NCBI GenBank assembly: GCA_963702205.1
Contig: OY969724.1
Location: 2,016,001 to 2,080,000 of the forward strand
From: an uncultured candidate division Zixibacteria bacterium
GTDB lineage: Bacteria; Zixibacteria; MSB-5A5; GN15; PGXB01
Direction: 5' to 3'
DNA: 64,000 bases
A model generated the notes under the pieces. The model searched no databases, was not told the DNA's origin, and saw nothing but the letters and a program-made list of their open reading frames with translations. The position numbers and the translations under genes are program-made. This document shows positions 1-10,266 of this stretch, one piece after another (within the stretch, counting starts at the first letter, position 1; every line of letters starts with the position of its first letter).

Positions 1-625
1 TCTGAACCTGTACGTATCCGAAGCGGGCGGCAATGACGTTTCGATTTTCGATTCCCATCTCAATTTCGTCGACCGGCTCGATCTCGTGGAGGCGTCGGGC
101 GATCAGGGATTCGGCAGCCCGGCCGGTGTGGCGGTCAATGAGTACGGCGAGATCATTGTCGCCGATCCGGTCAAGGGACGCCTGGCGGTATTCAATAACG
201 TCGGTAATTTCGACCATTTCATCGGCGGGGTGGAGAATTCGACCGGCTATCTTCTACAACCGCAGGGAGTCTGTCTGGATAAGGACAAAGATATTCTGGT
301 CAGCGATGCCGTGAATCGACATGTCGAAATGTTCGATGCTACCGGCTTTTATGACGGCAAAATTGGTGATCGCATACTTAAAAAGCCGCAGGGACTGGAA
401 GCGGACGGCAACGGTTTCGTCTGGGTGGCCGATGCCGCTCTCGACGGGGTGTATTGTTTCGATTATAAGGGCAACCAGATTTTTGCCGCCGACCGGGATT
501 CGTCGCCTGAGGGATTCGACTTTCTGCATCCATTCGACATAGCGGTGCTCCCCAATGACAAACTGGCTGTCAGCGACTCGGGGAACAACCGCGTCCTCGT
601 TTTCAAAATAATTCGTTCACAGTGA
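1..625 (+). CDS. NHL-repeat (beta-propeller) protein, 5' truncated by window edge
   Basis: Frame open from position 2; repeated P.G(V/L)...G.(I/V).V(A/S)D motifs, e.g. PFDIAVLPNDKLAVSDSGNNRV. Confidence 0.8.
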   Translation, partial: LNLYVSEAGGNDVSIFDSHLNFVDRLDLVEASGDQGFGSPAGVAVNEYGEIIVADPVKGRLAVFNNVGNFDHFIGGVENSTGYLLQPQGVCLDKDKDILVSDAVNRHVEMFDATGFYDGKIGDRILKKPQGLEADGNGFVWVADAALDGVYCFDYKGNQIFAADRDSSPEGFDFLHPFDIAVLPNDKLAVSDSGNNRVLVFKIIRSQ

Positions 626-640
626 TGGCCGGGGTCATCG

Positions 641-3600
641 ATGACCGCATCGCGCAACATTTCACTTTTTGTATTCACAATAGTACTCTTCGTTTGCTCC
701 GTGCAGGCGGCGACCGGCGTCTATACCGGGACCGATCTCAAGACGACATTAAAGCTGTACGACGGCATGATAATTCCCGGCAGCGACAGTATCCGGCTTA
801 CGGGTTCATTGCTTGTTCGCGACGTGGATTATAGTCTGGATTATACTAATTCAGTGCTCAGGCTGAACCATGCATTTCAACCCAAAGATACTTTGTACAT
901 ACGGTTTACGCCGCTCCCTTCATGGATCAGAAGGCGGTACGGCGCGGAGGTTTCGCCCCATGTGCCATCGCCGAATCTGGTTGCTCCGGGCAATGCGGGC
1001 ATCGGAATAGAGACGACCAAACCCGTTGAAAGAACGGCGGTTGATATTTCCGGGGCCAAGAAATTTTCGCTTTTGTCTCAGACTGGGGGCGGGTCACAGT
1101 TCAGCCAGACTCTCGACCTTCGCCTGAAAGGGGAACTGCGGCCCGGCTCGAGGTCAGCGGATCGCTGAGCGATCGCGGTTACGATCCATCGTATGGCACG
1201 CTCAACAGCCGGTTGAGCGAGCTGGACAAATTGTATTTGACGGTGAAATCGGACAAGTTTCGAGCCGACGTCGGGAATCTGGAGATTACGGAAAAGGCAG
1301 AATACGGGCGGCCCCTCATGAAGCAGGTTTCGGGGATGACGGCCCAGCTGAATACATATCATGCCTCGCTCAAAGCGGCGGTGGCACGGCCCCGGGGCAC
1401 GTTCAAGTCCGTCAAGTTCAACGGTGCCGACCGTAACCAGGGGCCGTACCGTATCTATTTCGGAAGCGCAATAAATCCTATCGTGCCCGGTTCAGAGCGC
1501 ATCTGGCTCGACGGGCAGCTTCTGGAGCGGGGCAGCGATAAAGACTATATCATGGACTACCCGGGTTCGTCGGTGACGTTTACCGCCCGGCGACCGATAG
1601 ATTCACGTTCGCGTATTGAAATTGACTTTGAACCGGTTACTGAAAATTATGACCGGTTGTACTATAATTTCGGCGGTGGAGCGGCGCTTGATGATTCACT
1701 GGCGACGCTATCGGTCAATTTCCTTCACGAAGGCGATGACAAGAACCGCCTCGAATCGGGCGATTTAAGTGTCGAGGATATCGCCCGGCTGCAGACCATC
1801 GGGGATTCGGTCGCGCAAAATTATAAAAGCGGAGTCGTGCCCGATCCGACCGGCGATTATGTGGAGCTGACGGATGCATTCGGCAATGTGTACTACGAAT
1901 ACGCCGGTGAAGGAAATGGCGACTATCGGGTGAATTTCTCAGCAATCGAAGCGGGAGCGGGTGATTACGTTTACGATGGCGGTAGTGTGTACCGTTATGT
2001 CGGGCCGGGCCGGGGGGATTATTTGCCGATCGTGACTATCCCGGTGCCGTCGTCGGAAGATTATCTCGAATCATCTTTAGCTTTCCGGCCGGCGAAAGGA
2101 ATGATTACCTCGTTGACGGTTCGTCAGTCCAATTTGGACCAGAACCTGTTTTCGACCCTGGATGACGGAAATAATATCGGAAGACACTATGCTGGCGAAG
2201 TAAGTTATGGGGTCGCGCCGCAAATTGATTCGCGGTCAGACGGCTTTAAGATCGGGGCGGAACTTATCGAGAAGAATTTCAAGGCGTACCAGAGACTGAA
2301 TCGGGCCGATCTTGACCGAAAATACCTGATTCCGGCGGGACTACAATCCAGCGGGGATGATTACCGGGCATCGGCCAGCGGGGTGTTAGGGACATTGAAC
2401 GATTTCAATGTTTTCACCGACGCCGGATATTTGGAATACAAGAATCAGTTTAAATCGAAGTACGGAACGGTGGCGGTGTCGAAATTGGATAAAGATGGTG
2501 CCTCTTCATATATATTGTACACTCGGCTGGATGCGAGACTGGATTCATCGGGTATGAACCGCGACGGGTGGGGGGATATTGTCGATACAAGGGTCAACGT
2601 CCGGCCGGTGGGGAAAACGAATCTTGAGACCGCATTCAAATATGACCGCCGGGAAGACGAATATGTTGGAGAGTTGAGGGGATCGACCGAATATAGTTAC
2701 GAAGCACGGCTGTCCTGGCTGGCGCATTCGCTGGCGGTTTCGGTCTATGATGAAGACTCACTGAACGGTCAATGGCTGAACCGTCGGCATCGCCTTCGCG
2801 GTGAACTTGGCTCGTCGTTGACCTCCGGTCCGGTCCGCTCGGATATATTTATCACGGCTCAGAGATTTACCGAGAGTGGGCACGAAGAAGACCAGCTTCT
2901 GGCGCGGGTCGGGACGACGTACAATCCGATACGACATAATATAACGGTGAGTACGTCGTACACCATATCCGATGAAAACCGCTATGAACGCGGGATTACC
3001 TATTTGGAGGTGGAACCGGGGCAGGGTCAGTATATTCTGGAAAATGGGCAGTACATTCCCGATTCCGAGGGAAATTTCATAAAAATCGAGGAAGTCCGCT
3101 CCGACCGGGCGGCAGTGAAATCGGGCGAGAAGGCATTCCAGTTCGTATATAACCCGTCGGGTTTATATGTCAGGCTGAATTCGAACAGTAAAGAGGACTT
3201 GCTGGCGGACCAGTCGCGCGACTGGGCCTGGCTTTTGCCGTTTTATTCCAATGGAAGCAAGCGATTTCAAAATCGCAGCCTCGATTATTCCGGTGAACTC
3301 AAGGCGTTTCAAAAGCCGGGTTATTACCTATTGAATTTAGCGGTCTCATATAATTATGAAGACAGACTTCTTTCGGGGCAATCGTACAAACGCTACGATG
3401 ACAGGTTTGCGGCGCAGCTAAAGCAGGGTTATGGCCCGTGGCTGGTCGAGCAGGATTTCAGCTATTTCGAGTATTTCAGTGACAGCTATTTTGCGGTCGC
3501 CGACGATATCGACGGTTTTTTAACCGGCGCGAGCGCTATTTATAGGGTCGGGTTCGGACAGGTTTCGGCCGGTGTGTCGTTTCGCAAGGCCGACGACCGC

Positions 3601-3894
3601 AGCGGCGCTCAGTCGCGGCAGGTAATCGCTGAACTCAGCCCGATTTTGCACCTTTTCCCGGGTGGTGAGACGACAATAAAACTATCCGGGTATCGTCAGG
3701 ATTTGACTAGCACGGGGTCGGTATCGTACAGATTGACGGATAACAAAAACGGCAAGTACGGAGCGATATGGTCGGTGCGGTCGGATTATAAGATGGCCAA
3801 AGATTTCAGATTTACGCTGACCTTGTCGGGACGGCACAGCGACGACAACAAGCCGCGCATAGTCGGGCGGGGAGAATTCATTGCGTATTTTTAG
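641..3894 (+). CDS. Large exported/outer-membrane protein, split by an apparent frameshift near 1143-1150
   Basis: Signal peptide in ORF 641..1168; the alternative frame continues LEVSGSLSDRGYDP..SRLSELDK into ORF 1213..3894; beta-strand-rich C-terminus ending in Phe (EFIAYF). Confidence 0.7.
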
Positions 3895-5530
3895 GCAAAT
3901 ACTCGTCGGGGTCGTGCTCCTGGCGGGTATATCGATTCAATGCGCCGAAGTCTCGTTTGAGGATGGCACTTCTCAGTGTCAGGAGGCCGTTAGGCATTTT
4001 GTCGGCCAGTTCAAGGGTGAAGGGCCTGAGGATTCGCTCCAAACGTATTTGATTGATAATGGTTTTCTGAAGGCCGTAGTAACGAAAAAAGCCGGGGATT
4101 CGGCATCCTATAGTATCAAATTCGGTCCGCATTTCAAAATCAATGATATAATCGTGATCACAAGTGATACGACGGACACGTTGCACGTTAATAAGTACAT
4201 CGACAAAAGCACATTCACCGGTGTTCTCGATTCAATTATTCAGATTAATAAAGATCGCGGGTACAATTTTACGGAGATATTGATAGATAGTACGATCTTG
4301 AAAGACAGCCTGCTCGATGTAGGTTTGAAAATAAATCGCGGTCCGGCAACGGTCGTGACGGATATCGAGTTTCCGGGCCTGCGCAAGACCGATGCAAAAC
4401 ATCTGGAAAAGTACTTATATATTCAACGCGGCGATACGCTTAAGCCCGATCGGCTCGAACGAACGGTGAACAGCCTGCGGCAGCTGGACTATCTGGAGCC
4501 GTCCGGAGCGCCGGAAATTGTCCCGGAACCGGGGTTTCTGGGCAGCCGCCTGGTGCTGCCGGTCCGGGAGAAAAAGCAGTTTTATTTCAACGGGGTGGCC
4601 GGGTATATCCCTGATGACGGCGGGACCTTTGTCGGCTATCTGGATTTTGTCGCCCGCAATTTTATGGGCCACGGTCGTCGGGGTGAGATTGTTGTCGACC
4701 GGCGCGACCGCAATAATTCGGCGTTCAAAGTGTCGTTCCGCCAGCCGGTCTTTATTTCGGGGCCGGGATTTGTCAACGGCGCGCTGGAAACGCGCGATTA
4801 CCGGGATTATTTTTATGAGTTCAGTCTGAACGGGAGTTATTATCAATCGTTGTCGCAATCGCTTGATTTAAATGTCGCGCTGGGCTGGAAGAATGTCGAA
4901 CCGGCCGACCAATCGGCACGGTCGTTCCGGGCGTACAGCGCCTCGCTCGGTATAAAGTGGGGGCAAATCAGAGCGGAGCGGGAGCCGTCGTTCCAGACGG
5001 AATTCGCCTGGACGATATCTTACTCGCGGCGGGCCTATCGGGCGCCGGGTGAGGACAGCCTTGCGGTAGGCAGGGTCTACAACGATACGCGGGCCGAAGT
5101 TCGGTCGGCAGTGCAGGCGAAATTGATCTCAGACTTTTCGGGATATTTATCACTGGTTTTCAAAGATATCGAAAGCTCGGAAGATTTTCTACCGCTGTCG
5201 GAGTTATATCTTATCGGCGGGCCAGGAACACTTCGGGGATATCGAACCGACCAGTTCGCGGCCGAACGAGCGGTTGGGCTGGTTCATGAGTGGCGGCTGT
5301 TCTTTTCGGAAAGCGACTATTTCTATCCTTTTGCCGATGGAGTCTATTTTGAGCGGGTCGAAGCCTGGTTGTCGGGCGAACCGATTAGGAGGTCCTTTGA
5401 CCGGTGGGGTTTCGGATTCGGAGTGTCTTTGTCATCCAGCGCCGGGCGGCTGGGGCTGTCGTTCGCGTGGGGAGAAGACACGGCCCTGGATCAGCCTCGG
5501 CTAAACGTGCAGCTTTCCAGCCAATTTTAA
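3881..5530 (+). CDS. BamA/TamA (Omp85) family outer membrane protein with POTRA domain
   Basis: POTRA-like segment, GGPGTLRGY motif, C-terminal Phe. Confidence 0.8.
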   Translation: MRIFRQILVGVVLLAGISIQCAEVSFEDGTSQCQEAVRHFVGQFKGEGPEDSLQTYLIDNGFLKAVVTKKAGDSASYSIKFGPHFKINDIIVITSDTTDTLHVNKYIDKSTFTGVLDSIIQINKDRGYNFTEILIDSTILKDSLLDVGLKINRGPATVVTDIEFPGLRKTDAKHLEKYLYIQRGDTLKPDRLERTVNSLRQLDYLEPSGAPEIVPEPGFLGSRLVLPVREKKQFYFNGVAGYIPDDGGTFVGYLDFVARNFMGHGRRGEIVVDRRDRNNSAFKVSFRQPVFISGPGFVNGALETRDYRDYFYEFSLNGSYYQSLSQSLDLNVALGWKNVEPADQSARSFRAYSASLGIKWGQIRAEREPSFQTEFAWTISYSRRAYRAPGEDSLAVGRVYNDTRAEVRSAVQAKLISDFSGYLSLVFKDIESSEDFLPLSELYLIGGPGTLRGYRTDQFAAERAVGLVHEWRLFFSESDYFYPFADGVYFERVEAWLSGEPIRRSFDRWGFGFGVSLSSSAGRLGLSFAWGEDTALDQPRLNVQLSSQF

Positions 5531-5569
5531 ATTGTTGACATACGGACGGTTATATCGCTATCGTGAACC

Positions 5570-6421
5570 GTGGCGAAAATCTGGTATTTGATCCGATTAT
5601 TGAGGGTGCATAACTGCCTGATGGCGGCGGCCGGGGTTTGGCTCGGCGGCTTTCTGTCGTATGGTTCCTTCGATAAGTTAAACCTGGCGCTGGCGTCGTT
5701 GTGCGCCGCCTTCGTGTGTGCCGCCGGGAATGCCCTCAATGATTTTCTGGATATCGAGGTCGACCGTAAGAACCACCCCGGGCGGGTGCTGCCGTCGGGC
5801 GTCCTGCCAATATATGTGGCTGTGCTGGCTTTCTGGGTTCTCAATGGGTTGGGGGTTTTAATTGCGCTGACCATAAATATCAAATTCGCGGCAATAGTCT
5901 TGTTTTCTTCACTGGTGCTGGTCGTTTATAATTTCAGGCTGAAGAAGACCTCGTTGTGGGGTAATCTGGCGGTGTCGTTTCTCGGGGCCCTGACTTTTGT
6001 CGCCGGTGGGCTGGCGGTCAAGTTGCCGCAGCCGTATATGGTGACAGAAACTTTCGCCCCGGCCATATTCGCCTTTTTGTTTCACCTCGGTCGTGAGATG
6101 TTAAAGGACCTGGCCGATTTCGATGGAGACCTAAGAGCCCAATACAGGACGCTTCCGACCGTATTCCCGGCATCTACAATAGAATACATGATTTTGACCA
6201 TATATGCCGTTGTTTTGTTTTTAACCGTAATGGCCATCATATTGGGCCTTTACAGCGTGGCTTTCAACTGGATCGTTTTGATAGGAGTCGATTTGCCGAT
6301 GCTGGTCCTGATGGTCTGGCTGAAAATCTCGAAAAGTCCCGGTAAATATGCCATAATGGGTCAGTTTTTAAAAGCTCTTATGGTAGTGGGGCTTATCGCT
6401 TTTCTGGCCGGCAGAACCTGA
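5570..6421 (+). CDS. UbiA-family prenyltransferase, DGGGP synthase-like
   Basis: GNALNDFLDIEVDRKNHPGRVLPSG and REMLKDLADFDGD motifs; multiple TM helices. Confidence 0.8.
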   Translation: MAKIWYLIRLLRVHNCLMAAAGVWLGGFLSYGSFDKLNLALASLCAAFVCAAGNALNDFLDIEVDRKNHPGRVLPSGVLPIYVAVLAFWVLNGLGVLIALTINIKFAAIVLFSSLVLVVYNFRLKKTSLWGNLAVSFLGALTFVAGGLAVKLPQPYMVTETFAPAIFAFLFHLGREMLKDLADFDGDLRAQYRTLPTVFPASTIEYMILTIYAVVLFLTVMAIILGLYSVAFNWIVLIGVDLPMLVLMVWLKISKSPGKYAIMGQFLKALMVVGLIAFLAGRT

Positions 6422-6543
6422 AAATAATTTGCAACCTTGACAGAAACGTGCTGTATAAAACATTCGGCATTGATGCTGAGCGAACAGCAAGAAAGAGAAT
6501 ACGTTAAGAGATTAGCTTTAATTTCGACCCGGTTTATTGTTAC

Positions 6544-7431
6544 ATGAAAGTTGCATTCAAGACAGCCCGATACATTCTGATTGCGGTTATTATTGCATTT
6601 CCGGCCTTTTTGTGGGGTTCTGATTTATCGCTTTCGGCCGAACTCGACAAGACCGATATAAAATTCGACGAGACGATAAATCTCACGATCGAAGTCAAGT
6701 GGACCGGTAATCTTCAGGACTACGGATTCAAAATATTCTCGCTGCCCAAAACCGACCGTCTTAAGGTGCTGGGAACGACGTCGAAGATAGCCAGTAATAT
6801 CGAAAACGGAGCCGAGGTCACGACCCGGACATATAAGTACACCTTCAAGCCGATTGAAGCCGGTCAGGGCGTGATATATCCGATTACGCTGGACTATGTC
6901 GCTATGCCCGATTCGACACCGGGACAGTTGGAAACGCAGGAATTCAGTGTCATGATCGCCAAACCGGTGGCTGTCAAGAAAAGTGGCGGCAGCCATGTCG
7001 TTTGGTTCGTCATTGTCGGGTTATTCATAATCTTTTCCGTCGCTGGCGTGATTATAATATTGCACTATCGCCGCAAGGCAGCCAAAGAGCCGGTGCTGTC
7101 GCCGGATGATGAACTTCTGGCCGAGCTCGAAAGAATCAAGAAAGAGGTCGCCGGGGATCGCCAGGCTTTCTTCACGAGGCTTTATAAAGCTATACTTCAT
7201 TATATAGAAAAGATGTATGATCTCGATCTGCAGGGTCTTACGCTGGAAGCGGTTGGAGATAAGCTGGGAGGTTCCAATATCCCCGAAGCCAGGAAAGAAC
7301 AGTTGATGGGATGGCTGAAGCTGGCGGAAAAAGAGAAATTCGCACCGGGAACGGGATCGCCGGGGGAGGCGTTAAGACTGGCAACTGAAATAGAAAATAT
7401 CGTCAAAAATAAAGCGTTCCGGGAATCCTGA
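6544..7431 (+). CDS. BatD-like exported membrane-anchored protein
   Basis: Signal peptide, BatD-type Ig-like repeat (YKYTFKPIEAG), single TM; first gene of the Bat operon. Confidence 0.6.
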   Translation: MKVAFKTARYILIAVIIAFPAFLWGSDLSLSAELDKTDIKFDETINLTIEVKWTGNLQDYGFKIFSLPKTDRLKVLGTTSKIASNIENGAEVTTRTYKYTFKPIEAGQGVIYPITLDYVAMPDSTPGQLETQEFSVMIAKPVAVKKSGGSHVVWFVIVGLFIIFSVAGVIIILHYRRKAAKEPVLSPDDELLAELERIKKEVAGDRQAFFTRLYKAILHYIEKMYDLDLQGLTLEAVGDKLGGSNIPEARKEQLMGWLKLAEKEKFAPGTGSPGEALRLATEIENIVKNKAFRES

Positions 7432-7454
7432 GCTAAGCACCGGACGGAGGTAAC

Positions 7455-8444
7455 ATGGATAAAGACATACAACAAATCCAGGAAATAGTCGAAAAGGAAT
7501 CGGAATTTGTCCAGAAGCTGACATCGCAGATTAGTACGGTCATTGTCGGACAGAAGTACATGATCGAACGGCTTCTGATCGGAATTTTGGCCGACGGGCA
7601 TATTCTTCTCGAAGGTGTTCCGGGGCTGGCCAAAACGCTGACGGTCAAGACGCTGTCGGATACGATCGATACCAAGTTTCAGCGGCTGCAGTTCACACCC
7701 GATCTTCTCCCGGCCGACTTGATCGGGACCATGATCTACAATCCGCAAAAGTCGGAATTTACGGTCAAGAAGGGGCCGATATTCGCCAATATAATTTTGG
7801 CCGACGAAATCAACCGGGCTCCCGCTAAGGTACAGTCGGCGCTGCTGGAAGCAATGCAGGAGCGGCAGGTGACCATCAGCGACAGTACGTTCAAACTCGA
7901 TGAGCCGTTTCTCGTGCTGGCGACACAGAACCCGATCGAGCAGGAAGGCACGTATCCGCTTCCCGAAGCACAGGTGGACCGTTTCATGCTGAAGCTGAGG
8001 GTGACATACCCGACGCCCGAGGAAGAGCGGTTGATCATGGACCGGATGACGACCGGTCAAAAATATACCGTGGAAAAGGTCGTAACGCCCGAGGATATCG
8101 TCCGGGTGAGAAAGATTGTCACTGATATTTACGTCGACGACAAAGTTAAAGAATACATTTTAAATATAGTCTTCGCCACGCGCGAACCTGAAAAGTACGG
8201 CCTAAGTAACTTGAAGGATATGATTTCATTTGGCGCGTCACCGCGTGCCACGATTTATTTAAACCTGGCCGCCAAGGCTCATGCTTTTCTCCGAGGACGA
8301 GGATATATAACGCCCGAGGATATCAAGGCGGTCGGCCCCGACGTGCTGCGGCACCGTATTATCGTAACCTATGAAGCGGAAGCGGAAGAAAAGAGTGCCG
8401 ACGATCTGGTGAAACAGATATTCGACACCATTGAAGTACCGTAA
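7455..8444 (+). CDS. moxR: MoxR-family AAA+ ATPase
   Basis: Walker A GVPGLAKT, QFTPDLLPADL, LADEINRA, ATQNPIEQEGTYPLPEAQ. Confidence 0.95.
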   Translation: MDKDIQQIQEIVEKESEFVQKLTSQISTVIVGQKYMIERLLIGILADGHILLEGVPGLAKTLTVKTLSDTIDTKFQRLQFTPDLLPADLIGTMIYNPQKSEFTVKKGPIFANIILADEINRAPAKVQSALLEAMQERQVTISDSTFKLDEPFLVLATQNPIEQEGTYPLPEAQVDRFMLKLRVTYPTPEEERLIMDRMTTGQKYTVEKVVTPEDIVRVRKIVTDIYVDDKVKEYILNIVFATREPEKYGLSNLKDMISFGASPRATIYLNLAAKAHAFLRGRGYITPEDIKAVGPDVLRHRIIVTYEAEAEEKSADDLVKQIFDTIEVP

Positions 8445-8458
8445 TTTACAAGATTGTT

Positions 8459-9334
8459 ATGGACCAGAAAGAAATTTTCAAAAATATACGGCGTATCGAA
8501 ATTCGCACCAAGCGGTTGGTCAACGACTTGTTTTCGGGTGAGTACCATTCCACTTTCAAGGGTCAGGGTATGGAATTCGAAGAGGTCAGGCAGTACCAGC
8601 CGGGCGATGATATCCGCCTGATCGACTGGAATGTGACGGCCCGTACGGGTTATCCGCATGTCAAGAAATTCCGTGAGGAGCGCGAGCTATCGGTCATGTT
8701 TCTGGTGGATATGTCGTCATCGGGACATTTCGGGACCCGCGAACGGTATAAAGAGGAAACGGCGGCGGAACTGTGTGCTCTGCTTTCTTTCTCGGCCATC
8801 AAGAACAACGATAAAGTCGGCATGATAATTTTTACCGATAAGATCGAGAAGTATCTTCCACCCAAGAAAGGCCGGGCCCACGTGCTTCGTCTGGTGCGCG
8901 AGATTTTGTATTTTAAGCCGACCGGGACGGGGACCGATATTTCCGGGGCGCTGGAATATTTCAGCCGGGTCATCAAGAAAAAATCCGTGGTCTTTTTGAT
9001 TTCGGATTTTATGTCAGAAGAGTATTTAAAGCCACTGCAGATCGCCAACAACAAGCACGATATTATCGCCATGAAAATTTCCGACCCGCGCGAGATCACG
9101 TTCGAGAACGTCGGACTAATCGAGCTCGAGGACGCCGAGACCGGCGAGACGGTCATAATCGATACGTCGTCGGCCGAATTCCGCAGAGATTTCACGACCA
9201 AAGCGCAGGCGGACAACCTGGGCCTGAAACGGTCGCTGCGGCTGATCGACGTCGATTTTATTCAGATAATCACGAATCAGACATATATCGTACCTTTGAT
9301 TAACTTTTTCAAGATGCGGGAAAAGAGGCGATAG
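8459..9334 (+). CDS. DUF58 domain protein
   Basis: GMEFEEVRQYQPGDDIRLIDWNVTAR motif; follows moxR. Confidence 0.93.
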   Translation: MDQKEIFKNIRRIEIRTKRLVNDLFSGEYHSTFKGQGMEFEEVRQYQPGDDIRLIDWNVTARTGYPHVKKFREERELSVMFLVDMSSSGHFGTRERYKEETAAELCALLSFSAIKNNDKVGMIIFTDKIEKYLPPKKGRAHVLRLVREILYFKPTGTGTDISGALEYFSRVIKKKSVVFLISDFMSEEYLKPLQIANNKHDIIAMKISDPREITFENVGLIELEDAETGETVIIDTSSAEFRRDFTTKAQADNLGLKRSLRLIDVDFIQIITNQTYIVPLINFFKMREKRR

Positions 9335-9336
9335 GT

Positions 9337-10266
9337 ATGGCAGGCGGCAAGAATACAGTCGGATTGATCAATCTCGTAATTTCATTGATTTTGCTGGGAG
9401 CGGTGGTCTTTTATATTACGGGCGGTTCGCAATCCGGGTCGTCCGCTAACGAGGCAACGGCCCGCAAGCTCGCCGGTGAACTGGCCGACAACAATCTGCC
9501 CAAGGCCGCTATCCAGGAATACCAGGAAATATTAACCGACAAGAATCTCGACGACAAAACGAAAGGCAACCTGTACTATCTAATCGGCAAGATGTACTAT
9601 GAGGGTTTGTCGGATTATGAAAACGGCGCGGCGTATTTTATCCGGGCCCGCACGATTTATCCGGAAGGGTCGTATTTCACGGAATCGGGCAAAAGCCTGA
9701 TCGCCTGTCTGGAAAAGATGGGGCGAATTATGGATGCCAAGCGCGAACTGGATAAAGCCGTCAATATCGATTCGGTGGCGGCCGCCCACGAAGGGGAGAA
9801 GATAGTCGCCAAGATCGGGGATATGCCGGTTTATGAGAGCCGGATCGACAAGGAAATCCAGAAACTCCCGGCCGATATGCAAAAAGATTATACGTCGCGC
9901 AAGAAAAAACTCGAGGCGCTCAATCAGTACATTCAGATGGAATTGATTTATAAAGACGCCGTGCGGAAGGGTTTGGAGAACGATCCGGAGGTCCAGCAGG
10001 CGGCCAACGACGTGATCCGCCAGGCGGTGATAAGCAAGTACATCAAGCAAAATATTATACCGCCGGATCAGATCGACACGGTTGACGTGTTCAACTATTA
10101 TCTGGCCCATAAAAATGATAAGTACGGTGGGAAAGACTATGCCGACGTGAAGGCCGACGTTCTTCGGGACTACGGTCGCGAAAAATTCCAAGAGGCACTT
10201 TCGGAGTATGTCAACAATCTGGCCGCGATCGAAAAGGTGCAAATATTCGAGGAGAACGTGCAGTGA
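9337..10266 (+). CDS. Membrane-anchored TPR protein with SurA/PpiC N-terminal-like chaperone domain
   Basis: N-terminal TM, TPR-like helices, VAKIGD..LIYKDAVRKGLENDPEV segment. Confidence 0.55.
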   Translation: MAGGKNTVGLINLVISLILLGAVVFYITGGSQSGSSANEATARKLAGELADNNLPKAAIQEYQEILTDKNLDDKTKGNLYYLIGKMYYEGLSDYENGAAYFIRARTIYPEGSYFTESGKSLIACLEKMGRIMDAKRELDKAVNIDSVAAAHEGEKIVAKIGDMPVYESRIDKEIQKLPADMQKDYTSRKKKLEALNQYIQMELIYKDAVRKGLENDPEVQQAANDVIRQAVISKYIKQNIIPPDQIDTVDVFNYYLAHKNDKYGGKDYADVKADVLRDYGREKFQEALSEYVNNLAAIEKVQIFEENVQ

